A stretch of DNA of 62,439 bases, the filler included, from Globobulimina sp. (lineage: Eukaryota), in assembly GCA_003354225.1 (NCBI GenBank). It is 18 parts of 18 records of this genome, joined end to end, with 100 filler letters (N's around TTAATTAATTAA, not from the genome) between each part and the next. Parts side by side here need not be neighbours in the genome. Positions count along the whole stretch, not along the records: positions 10,434 to 13,810 come from PIVH01002949.1; positions 13,911 to 17,287 come from PIVH01002950.1; positions 17,388 to 20,764 come from PIVH01002951.1; positions 20,865 to 24,241 come from PIVH01002952.1; 14 more parts are not named here. One strand, written 5' to 3'. A program made the translations under genes and the position numbers. The notes beneath the pieces are model-generated. The model did not search any database. It worked only from the letters and a program-made list of their open reading frames with translations, and was not told the origin of the DNA. Below are positions 11,199 through 21,387 of the stretch, one piece after another; position 1 is the first letter of the stretch, and each line of letters begins with the position of its first letter.

Positions 11199-11606
11199 TC
11201 AGCTTTGAATCGCCTTTATTGACAAAACGTGGTCATAATAATCACCGCATATCCTTTGACTCAATAATCGTTTCCCGACACATCCTTCTTTGCAATACTT
11301 TCGTGGACCATTGTTATGAGTATATGCATACTTTTTTGATGATAAATGTTTGATCTGATGCGTTTTATGACTGTCTGTACAATATTTAAAATATATATAT
11401 GATTTGATGATTTCTAGAATATCATCGATATCACTTATTCCTGTGAGCTCTTTGTGAGAAGATGGCAGACTTTTTAATGCAGAATGATGTTCTTCTGTAT
11501 ATTCCCAACGCGAGGGTTTTGATGGATGCCACACACATTTTAATTGTGATTCTGTACAACAATACAGACTCTCTTTGCGCTTGCTTTTTTTCTGTGCATT
11601 GCCCAT
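11199..11606 (-). CDS. Hypothetical protein with an MG-start (possible N-myristoylation)
   Basis: 135-aa ORF MGNAQKKSKRK...; no family recognised. Confidence 0.35.
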   Translation of the reverse strand: MGNAQKKSKRKESLYCCTESQLKCVWHPSKPSRWEYTEEHHSALKSLPSSHKELTGISDIDDILEIIKSYIYFKYCTDSHKTHQIKHLSSKKYAYTHNNGPRKYCKEGCVGKRLLSQRICGDYYDHVLSIKAIQS

Positions 11607-12023
11607 GTTTCTTAATTAAACATATGATAACTATAACTACCCCTGTCCGTGAATATTGCGTAAGGGGGGACGCAAAGTTGCTGCGGCTCAGCTACTTATT
11701 GATGGCGATGCACACTTTAACTATTAATAATTAATTATTGAACACGTAAACTGCGACAATTCGATACTCCAATACTCAAAAGGAACCAAATCACACAATT
11801 ACTATTTAAGCCTGTTTCATTCCAACTTTCATCATTTCCAATTGTTGTTAGTGATCAGCTGCCAACAAATCATAATGTCATAATTAATATTTTATAACTG
11901 ACAATATTCTAATTTTATCTTTACTTTAATCTTTATCTATTCTATCTTTAGATCCACACTTTCTCAGAACATCTCCTTTAGATCATCTATCAATTCCAGG
12001 ACCGAACCAACACCTCCCACACA

Positions 12024-12806
12024 ATGAACGATTTTATTGCATTTTTGGTCTCATTCATGACAATACAAATTTTAAAAACTTTCGTTGTCAATCATTTTGG
12101 AAAATTATTGGGTCAGAGATTTTTCGATTTACAAGGTGAACAAAACCGAAAGTTTTCCCGTCATGTGTATTACGTGTATTACTTTATTTGGTTTACATCG
12201 GTCGTGATTGTCGAAATATACATTATGAAAGAATGCGGTATTTGGAAATCTGTAATAACTCCGTTTAATAAAGAAGTTGGTACCACCTTGTTGTGGGAAG
12301 CATTAGATGAGCGTCAAATAATGCTAATACGTTTATTTAGCATCTGTAAAATAAGTTACTATTTAATTGATTTGATATCATTAAAGAATGTTAAATTGGT
12401 TATCCATCATGTGGCGGTCATTATTTGGTTTGGATTAATCATATTTGCTGTCAACTCAAGCCCTTTTAAATGGCCTCTTGCTTTGATATTTATTTTTGAT
12501 ATTACCGACGTGCCATTAACTGTTTATTGCTTATTAAACCAAAGAGAATATGCACACTCAAAATTAATTTTGTCACTACTGGTTACGACAATTGCATCGT
12601 GGATTTGGTTCAGGTTAATATATTTCTCTCGAATTTTCGCGAGTGCGTATATTGATATTAATGCTGCTGATTTGGGTGTTCCACAAGTGGTACCGTTCAT
12701 ATTATTTCTGGTAATATTAGTGCTACAAGTAATTTGGATCAAGACGCTCTTCAAAATTCTTGCTCATAAATGGGAAGTTGTGTTCAGGAAATTAAATGTT
12801 GTTTGA
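12024..12806 (+). CDS. TLC (TRAM/LAG1/CLN8) domain membrane protein
   Basis: Multi-pass protein with the motifs VIHH, FDITDVPL, WIWFRL and LQVIW, characteristic of TLC/ceramide-synthase-like proteins. Confidence 0.8.
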   Translation: MNDFIAFLVSFMTIQILKTFVVNHFGKLLGQRFFDLQGEQNRKFSRHVYYVYYFIWFTSVVIVEIYIMKECGIWKSVITPFNKEVGTTLLWEALDERQIMLIRLFSICKISYYLIDLISLKNVKLVIHHVAVIIWFGLIIFAVNSSPFKWPLALIFIFDITDVPLTVYCLLNQREYAHSKLILSLLVTTIASWIWFRLIYFSRIFASAYIDINAADLGVPQVVPFILFLVILVLQVIWIKTLFKILAHKWEVVFRKLNVV

Positions 12807-13007
12807 TTTATATTTAAATTAAAACCATCGTAATATATTCCAATCGCCATCTTGTTCAAAAAAATAGAAAACAATCTCCCTTAGTTGTGAGTTGTTCATT
12901 TTCAAATCTCATTTGATGATTTCTAAGTGAATCTTGTATAGTGGAGCTGCAGCTTTGTAGATTTAAAAGTTTAAAACAAGTTTGGAAAGTTTTTTAATTG
13001 ACATCCA

Positions 13008-13415
13008 ATGCAAATCATGGCCTGCACATTTCTAGCGTTTGTGAGTATTATTAACGTGATTAATGGAGATGATTTATCTGCGCTTTTGAGAGCATGGATG
13101 TCTGGATATTTCCGTGGAAATACGGAATTTTCACCAGTCGGACCGCTTACAAATTATACAATGGTGTTCAGACCAAATGATCCATTGTACGGACCACCGA
13201 ATTATTTGATGATTGAGACAGATGATCATTTTTCGAAGACTGCAATGAAGGGCTCTTACCAACAGTGGATGATATATGAAAATGAGGTCTCTTATTGTGG
13301 ATCTAGAAAACCATGGATCATTTTACCTATAACAGATACTGCAATCTCGAATTCGCCTGATCTAAGCTTTTTATTGCAGAACCACGTTCAAGACTATCAC
13401 AGACCACCGTTTTAA
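13008..13415 (+). CDS. Hypothetical secreted protein (C-terminus uncertain)
   Basis: Signal-peptide-like MACTFLAFVSIINVING followed by protein-like sequence; no family recognised. Confidence 0.35.
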   Translation: MQIMACTFLAFVSIINVINGDDLSALLRAWMSGYFRGNTEFSPVGPLTNYTMVFRPNDPLYGPPNYLMIETDDHFSKTAMKGSYQQWMIYENEVSYCGSRKPWIILPITDTAISNSPDLSFLLQNHVQDYHRPPF

Positions 13416-13910
13416 TCGATAAGAAGGAATATTAGGAAGTGTGCAAGCATCAAACACACGCAAAACTAAAAATTCGGACATAATGGCCGTGAGATGGATT
13501 TCGGGCAATATTAAGTATTTAGTGATTATTACTATTGTATTTGGGGCATATTTGATCCCGCAAATTTTAGCAAGGCAAACTTGCACCAGAAACAGGGGCT
13601 CAAAATTCGTTTTTGGAACCCGCGAATTATTCAAGCCAATATTAATCAGCCCTTGTCTTGGACAGAATTTGCTATCGTTTGGTATGTTTAACGCAAAATT
13701 CTATTTTGTGAGACTGGATAAACATGCAGTGTTTCGAAAACGAAATGTTTTGAATTCAAACTGTAATTTTAAAAACAATGTGTTTCAAACAGGTCCTATT
13801 CTAAAGTAAANNNNNNNNNNNNNNNNNNNNNNNNNNNNNNNNNNNNNNNNNNNNTTAATTAATTAANNNNNNNNNNNNNNNNNNNNNNNNNNNNNNNNNN
13901 NNNNNNNNNN

Positions 13911-16900
13911 TCGACGCTAATAATTCTGCTAAACCATCCTGGCGATCTCTACATTCATCGCCAGGTAACACACAGGAATTGTCCACTAAAAATATGATAT
14001 CTAACTCTTGTGTAAAACATTTATTATCCGCTAACGGAGACAATGTTGGATTGATTGTCGGATTCAATGTACTTTGCGCATTTGTAGGTACATCGGATGG
14101 TGAGGTGCTTGGCCTATTTGTGGGAGATATACTTGGCCTATTTGAGGGTGATGTGCTTGGTTTATCAATGGGAGACTCTGTAGGTTGTGATGTTGGATCA
14201 TATGTAGGCACCTCAGAGGGTGCTGTACTGGGCCTATCTGTGGGTGATTTGGTTGGAGCAAATGTAGGAATTACATTTTCATCGCATACAGCATCTACAA
14301 ATGCTGTGGTTATATTTTCAAAAGTGGCGGATTGTGTATTTTTGAGCGAGAATAATCTATCCACATTGCCATCTGTTAAACATTCCATATATGATCGGCC
14401 AATATTACCGTCTGCAACAACCATATTAACCACAGTAACTTCAACAGGATCGCCATTGACATACAACGGTATATCACAGGGAGAGTACGTAGTATTTGAA
14501 ACAGTGTCACAATTATTGAACAGCACAATTTTTTTATGCCTGCCTGCCGCATTATTGCCAGGGTCCTGGAAATGGGCCAATGCGGCATTGATTGCAGCGT
14601 ATAAGTCAAAGGAACCTAAATCAGCGTTGTTATTACAAGATTGACCTTTGACCATTCTGACATAATCCTCAATGACAGAGATGGCTGGACTTAATCCCGT
14701 AATGTGATTAAAAAATGAATCTATGAGAGAGACAATTGTATCCAGCACATTATTGAACGACAAATATGCCACTCGGGGATCTGTAGTGTGTTTCAACGAA
14801 GCTAATAATTCTGATATGCCATCTTGTCGTTGATAACATTCATTCTCAGTTAAAAAACATGTGTTGTCAATTAAGAATATTATATCCAATTTTTCTTGAG
14901 CACAGATGGTGTTTGTGATGGGTGACTCGGTTGGTTGGTACGTTGGGGATAGCGACGGATATATTGTTGGTTCATTCGTAGTGGGTGATAGTGTTGGGAG
15001 CGTCGTTGGGATTGTTGTGGGATTAGTTGTGTATATATTTGCTTGGCATGTTGCAGAGTTAAGGAGGTCGCAATACGTATCGCCACAACATTGCGCATTT
15101 GAATTACAATTTGCGTCCGGAGGAATACAGCATTTATTAGTGCCAACTAAACCAATTTGTTGACATAATGCTCTTGCTTCACAACAATTGTCTCCGTTAT
15201 CACATTCGAATGATATATCGATGCATCTGTATATATTGAGAATTGTTGCATTTTACAGAAAGTAATTCTGATTTATTTTGAAACGACGAAGTTATTTTTC
15301 CGTTATTTGTAACATTATTTTAATAGAAATTGTGCACTGACATAACACACAAAATGTAAATAGTAGAAAAACGTTTTTTTAACATAGAATATTACGTAAC
15401 GATTGGGTCGGAGGTATTGATGGTTCAGTTGTAGTTGGATAGCTTGTTGGATTATATGTGGGTACATCGGATGGTGACATACTTGGTCTATTTGTGGGAG
15501 AACTCGACGGTTTCAAAGTAGGCACTTCGTTTTCACCACAAACCGCATTGACAAATGCAGGTATAACCTCTGCGAAGGATGCAGTGTTAACATCTTCAAC
15601 CACAATAAATCTGTCTGGATTATCGCCATGCAAACACTGTGTATGATTATAAATATTTATATTACCATCAGTTACTCCAATATTCACCACTGTGACTTCC
15701 ACAGACTCATTATGAGCCATTCTAGAGATACTACACACATCTTGCACGAATTGCATCTTCTCAAAATTGCAATTATTAAACAACACCATTTTTTTATGTC
15801 TGCCCTTACTGCTCTCGTTAAACTGTTGCAATGTTTTTCGCACTGCATTCTCCAAATCCGTTTCATGATTACTGGCAAATCGCACACATTCCAAACTTTG
15901 TACTTCCTTCACATAATCCCGTATCACTATGTATTGTGTATCCTGCAAATTATTCAGATATGCAGCATCTAACTTAATCACTGTATTTGTAAAATCACCA
16001 AATTCAACATAGCCAACACGGGGAGCAGTAAACCGTTTGATCGACGCTAATAATTCTGCTAAACCATCCTGGCGATCTCTACATTCATCGCCAGGTAACA
16101 CACAGGAATTGTCCACTAAAAATATGATATCTAACTCTTTTGTAAAACATATATTATCCGCTAACGGAGACAATGTTGGATTGATTGTCGGATTCGATGT
16201 ACTTTGCGCATTTGTAGGTACATCGGATGGTGAGGTGCTTGGCCTATTTGTGGGTGATATACTTGGCCTATCAGAGGGAGACTCTGTAGGTTGTGATGTT
16301 GGATCATATGTAGGCACCTCAGAGGGTGCTGTACTGGGCCTATCCGTGGGTGATTTGGTTGGAGCAAATGTTGGAATTATAGTCGGATTTGAACTACGTT
16401 TTGCATTCGGTGTACAGATGGAATTAATAAATGCAGTCGTTGCATTTTCAAATGATTGAGCTGATGTATCCGGAATGGATATGATATCATTTGCATCTGT
16501 GACAAAACATTGTGCATAAGTATTAATATCAATATCACCACCAATCACACCAATATTCACCACTGTCACTTCCACAGACTCTCCATTGATATCTTGCATT
16601 GCAGCACAAGCATCCTCCACATCCACTTCGTTGCAATTATTAATCAACACAATTTTTTTATGTTTGCTCGCCATATATTTATCATTGAAATGGTCCAATG
16701 TCGCAGTAATGGCCTGTTCTAAATTGATAACACTGCCATTATGCGGATAGGGCACACACATTGACACATCCGTACGTATTAACTGCGCATATTCATAAAT
16801 GATACGCTGCTGATTGCCAACTGTATCATTAATATCATTAAAGTATACATCATCCAATTCGACTAAATAATTAACAAAAGAAGTAAATTCAAAGTAAGCA

Positions 16901-17287
16901 ACCCGCCGAATGTTGCCGTTATTTGCATATTTTACACTCGCTAACAGCTCGGAAATACCATCCTGCCGCGCAGTGCATTCCTCCATTGCAATGTTGCAAG
17001 AGTTGTCCACTAAAAAAATAATATCTAAATTGCCCTCATTGCATTGCCCAGATATAATGGGCGATTGCGTCGGATTTATGCTTGGTTCGTTAGTGTCAGC
17101 CCCCACAGCGCTAAAAGCAAAACCATCATTGTTGTTGTACTGATAATGTCCACCTACGCCATGATGCAAATTCCTATCCCCAACATGTGGATTTTCAAAA
17201 TCATCCGCCGGTATTTGTGAAATGGCGCCCCGAGCCATTATAAATTGGCCAATAGCTCGACCAGTCTGTGCAGGGAATGCAAAATAT
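13911..17287 (-). CDS. Large extracellular protein with tandem vWA-like domains, PT/S-rich linkers and a Cys-rich module (both ends truncated); intron ~15227-15400
   Basis: Four LDIIFL[V/I]DN[S/T]C starts give three complete domains and one partial. 8-aa PTxxPSxS linker repeats separate them. An exon missing from the ORF track encodes CIDISFECDNGDNCC...KCCIPPDANCNSNAQCCGDTYC and runs in frame into the 14889 ORF. Confidence 0.8.
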
Positions 17288-17387
17288 NNNNNNNNNNNNN
17301 NNNNNNNNNNNNNNNNNNNNNNNNNNNNNNNTTAATTAATTAANNNNNNNNNNNNNNNNNNNNNNNNNNNNNNNNNNNNNNNNNNNN

Positions 17388-17916
17388 CCGCCAATGAATA
17401 ATTTATTAATAAGCAAACACATCCCGTCAGCTTTTATATTAGTTCACTTTCCCTATGATTATGTGCTGCCGAACCGAGAATATATGCGCCGCCATGAATT
17501 ATTAATATCACACCATTTTCAATTGAACTGCCTTTATATTTCAACCATTCACAGGCAACTCCCTTAATTTTACATTTTTCAATCAAGCATAAATTCGGAT
17601 TTTGAACCGACAAAAACTTTATTTGTTGATTTTGTTGTTGTCTTAGAAATTTTATATAATCGAATCTTTTGCGTGGCACCGCTTTCTTTTTCTTTTTGGT
17701 TTGATTTTTGTTTTGCTTTCTTGATTTCGCAAATTGTTTTAAAATTAATTTTTGTTTATAAAAAAATGCATCCAATTTACGAGCTCGTTTGGATGGATAT
17801 GTGGTTGGTAATATGCGAATAAATGGATATGTTCTGGCCATATCTTCAGAATTGCATGCTTTCATTAACATTTCATCTGTGATCCGGAATGGTTTCTCTT
17901 TTGTGTCGCTCATCAT
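17388..17916 (-). CDS. Alpha/beta hydrolase, HSL/Abhydrolase_3 family (3' truncated)
   Basis: GVACEWL...VILIIHGGAYILGS contains the HGG oxyanion motif. Confidence 0.75.
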
Positions 17917-18045
17917 GGAATAATAAAAAACTTCACTTTGACACGAAGTTGTCTGCATAAATGTTTCTTGTGCAAGGATACTGTCATAAATTATTTTAAT
18001 TTAATTTAATTAAACAGCAAAAATATTAAATAACAGCAAAAAATA

Positions 18046-20397
18046 TTAGATAACAGCAAAAAATAATAATAAACACAATGGAAAAATAATACGTGGTTTA
18101 AGAGAGGTTGCATTATCAGTTTGTCCTCCTCCTCCTCCTCCATCTCCACCATCCGTATAAAAGGTATTAACAGGTCGTGATTCAGGAAAATCAGTACACG
18201 TTGGACATAAAGTTGGCGATGGTGTTGGTGACACGGGACATGCATAAGCACCAATCACTAAATTAATATCTTGCGTCCATTTATCATGTTCTTCATCGAC
18301 AAAATAAAAAAAATTACTACAAACACTAACATCATACGGACGTTCACCAACGCTACAAACACCAATCACAGATTCAGATGAATACTCCTCACCTAATTCT
18401 GTACCAATTGACCATAAATGATACCAAGCCTCAAAATACAAATAATAAACACCTTTGGTATAATATGGATATACATTATTATCAACACCGCCATACTCCC
18501 AATCACCATTCCACGCTGCATTAAGTCCACCTAATTTTAAACAAATAGTATTTTTATAACCATCAACATCAAAACTGCCGCTATATAACGACACTTCCGC
18601 ATTCTCTAAATCTGTTAAACTCACATCACAAACATCCCCTTCATAACCTGCAGAACATACACATTGATTTAGATCATTGCTCCAAAAGCCCCACAAACAC
18701 TGAAAAGGCTGCTCATTCACACAAATACTGTCATAATTTGGGCAACTCACATTATACCCATTGCCATTACCATCATCTGCTAAACTTTGATAGGTATATT
18801 TATCAGCTTTGTTACATATAACTTGTCCAGTATTAATATGAATTGTTATGGACTCATTATTTAAATCACATTCAAGCGGATAACAAAACGATTCCATCCC
18901 ACCCCAGACCGCGACACTCGCTTCCACACAACGACTATTTAAGCCATATACATTGCCAAATGCACTATTTTCTGTATCAAAATTATTACCACGTTCGTCC
19001 CAGCACACATGTTGGAAATCAGTATTCGTCGCATCATCGATTGCATCTGCAAATGGACAATGTTCACTATAAACAGTACCATACTCATCGCGGTCACTAA
19101 AATATTTAAACATTGATGGCACGTAGCTGGAACTTAACATATTATAACAAACAGCCTTCGCAGAATAATCATACGTACATAACGGCGAAGGATAAGGCGC
19201 TTCGCAAAAATATTGAGGGAAATTGCTGTGACCGGTGGTAGCGTCAAAGCAGGCATTATTGAAAAAGGCGCAGCCTTCGTTTTTACCCCAACTGTATGGC
19301 TCACTGTAATTATAATCCACTTTATACCACCCACTATCTTCCAATAATGCCAGGGTTAGACCCGAAACATAATCTAATTTATTATACAAAATACTGATCA
19401 TATACTCACCGTTCACATGATGTTCTTCCCAGTGACTGCCTGCAGCGCCACCACCACCATCATCTTCTAACGGCGCACCGACTAAACTGCTACATCCATA
19501 ATGTTCGCGCGCAAATGACCGCACATTTGGGGTGATTAAGTATGTGTTGTTTAGATTTAAATTCGTTTTTACAACTTGGCGAAGAATGTCCTCGCTATCC
19601 AATGGATTACCAAACATATCAATAAAAGTCGGAAATAAGGAGCGAGAAAATGCCAAAACATGCGTTAGTTCGTGAAGTATGGATAAAACATCCATTTTCC
19701 AATCAATTTCATCCAAGGAATTGGGGCAGAAATTGATGGTGCCGGAGATAGGCCGCCCATATTGGTCTACGTTGCAATGTCGTGCCCACGCTAAGGTGTG
19801 GTTGCCGCAATTATCTGGTTCTGCACTCACATAAAGGACTAAATCGGTATCACGCAAACCATTGCCTGCGGGATACGCATTGACGGTGACAGCACCATAA
19901 CCATTATACATCCATTCATTGCGTAAATGAGTGGATGGGATAGCAACTAAACCACATTGGCTTACTACTCCGTTATCTGCACAATTCCAATACGAATGTA
20001 ATGGGCCATCGGCTGGGTATCCATAGCCACACTCTCTTGCCACAAATAAAGGTCCTTCGACGGGTATTACGCGAAGAAATGATTCGAAATAATTGATGGA
20101 TGAAGAAACTAATGCTTTAACTACGTTTTTCTTTGTGTTACTTAAGGATGAGGCTTCTATATCGGCCCAATATGGTTTTATTCGAATTGGGCTGTACTCT
20201 TCGATGGGAATTGATAATCTACGCTTGTTTGAGTTAATATTAGCCGCAGAATTTAAATCGTAGGAATACCGAACAAATGTTTTATGTGCTGTTTTCCGCG
20301 GCAATTGATCATGAACACAATTATGAATCTTCTTACTGTTCGAACCAATGTAATTAAGTGTTACAAACGCGAATAACACTAAAAGTAGCTTGGACAT
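18046..20397 (-). CDS. Leishmanolysin/GP63-like metalloprotease (peptidase M8) with an EGF-like module and a probable GPI signal
   Basis: Signal peptide MSKLLLVLFAF, pro-region HNCVHD, GRPISGTINFCP, zinc motif HELTHVLAF, GSHWE, EYM Met-turn, LALLEDSGWY, CVCSAGYEGDVC and a hydrophobic C-terminus. Confidence 0.93.
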   Translation of the reverse strand: MSKLLLVLFAFVTLNYIGSNSKKIHNCVHDQLPRKTAHKTFVRYSYDLNSAANINSNKRRLSIPIEEYSPIRIKPYWADIEASSLSNTKKNVVKALVSSSINYFESFLRVIPVEGPLFVARECGYGYPADGPLHSYWNCADNGVVSQCGLVAIPSTHLRNEWMYNGYGAVTVNAYPAGNGLRDTDLVLYVSAEPDNCGNHTLAWARHCNVDQYGRPISGTINFCPNSLDEIDWKMDVLSILHELTHVLAFSRSLFPTFIDMFGNPLDSEDILRQVVKTNLNLNNTYLITPNVRSFAREHYGCSSLVGAPLEDDGGGGAAGSHWEEHHVNGEYMISILYNKLDYVSGLTLALLEDSGWYKVDYNYSEPYSWGKNEGCAFFNNACFDATTGHSNFPQYFCEAPYPSPLCTYDYSAKAVCYNMLSSSYVPSMFKYFSDRDEYGTVYSEHCPFADAIDDATNTDFQHVCWDERGNNFDTENSAFGNVYGLNSRCVEASVAVWGGMESFCYPLECDLNNESITIHINTGQVICNKADKYTYQSLADDGNGNGYNVSCPNYDSICVNEQPFQCLWGFWSNDLNQCVCSAGYEGDVCDVSLTDLENAEVSLYSGSFDVDGYKNTICLKLGGLNAAWNGDWEYGGVDNNVYPYYTKGVYYLYFEAWYHLWSIGTELGEEYSSESVIGVCSVGERPYDVSVCSNFFYFVDEEHDKWTQDINLVIGAYACPVSPTPSPTLCPTCTDFPESRPVNTFYTDGGDGGGGGGQTDNATSLKPRIIFPLCLLLFFAVI

Positions 20398-20459
20398 TAT
20401 TGTTAACGATTTTGATTTTTGACGATCGACTACTTTACTGGCATTTTGAAGCATCAATC

Positions 20460-20764
20460 ATGACACTCATGCTGGAAGATCCTAAAGAATCACAGTCACG
20501 CTCACATACAGCCTCATTATTTACAGCATCATCATACGGCAGTCATATTATCAATAACGATGATACGAAACAGCCTACAAAAGGACCAAAACGTTCCTAT
20601 TGCAATTGCAAATGTAGCTGTTTGACAAAACTAATCCCACCATGGATTGTATGGTGTATTGCATTTTATGCACTTTGTGGATCATCAATTACAATCATGA
20701 CAGTTTCATGGATGGCATGGTATACAGATTTGCCATTTATTTTCCCTTCATTAGGCGCATCAAC
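20460..20764 (+). CDS. HPP-family membrane protein, N-terminal part (3' truncated)
   Basis: A hydrophobic helix is followed by LPFIFPSLGAS, which resembles the start of the HPP domain (P-x-x-x-x-S-x-GAS). The HPP motif itself lies beyond the contig end. Confidence 0.45.
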
Positions 20765-20864
20765 NNNNNNNNNNNNNNNNNNNNNNNNNNNNNNNNNNNN
20801 NNNNNNNNTTAATTAATTAANNNNNNNNNNNNNNNNNNNNNNNNNNNNNNNNNNNNNNNNNNNN

Positions 20865-21081
20865 AGGCACTATGTTTTGAATAAAAATCAAGAATATATT
20901 TATCTTCAGAGGCCGTGATATGTTCTTTATTTTCTTCAATGTTTCCTTGTTGTTGACTGGTACTTTGTTCATACTCTTTTCTGATTCGTTCTAATAGAAA
21001 TGGAGGGATGTATTTCTTTTGATGTTCCAATCTGTATTTGTTTAAATATTTTTCAAATGTTTCATCATTGGCTGCCATCAC
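20865..21081 (-). CDS. Hypothetical protein, N-terminal fragment
   Basis: MAANDETFEKYLNKYRLEH... runs into the linker. Confidence 0.35.
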
Positions 21082-21387
21082 ATTTTTCAAATTACTCTAG
21101 TGAGTGGATTTGTATCTTTTAGCCTGCGAGCCAGTAACACAATCGAAACGACAAATCATGCTGATTTTAAGAACCAAACAACTCCAAAAGTTCAAGTCCG
21201 ATCACCACAATTAAAATTAGCTCAATAGTTGTGACTGCAGTGCGGTGCAAAATGGAGAAAGAACAAAAAATAGCAGTATTCTCAAAGTAAGATTATTGCA
21301 TAATATAAAAACATTTGTCAATGTGGAAAAGCAACTATATATTTATTTTTGATAAAGTTGGTGAATCATGGGAGAAATCGAATCAAA

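Noticed and set aside
11637-11712. GC-richer intergenic patch with a TTGCGT/ACGCAA hairpin as a tRNA or ncRNA
   Set aside because: It has no cloverleaf, T-loop or snRNA motif, and a 6-bp stem is expected by chance.
13979-16459. Gly/Val-rich plus-strand ORFs (13979-14644, 14906-15163, 16037-16459)
   Set aside because: They are antisense shadows of the Pro/Thr/Ser linker repeats of the vWA gene.
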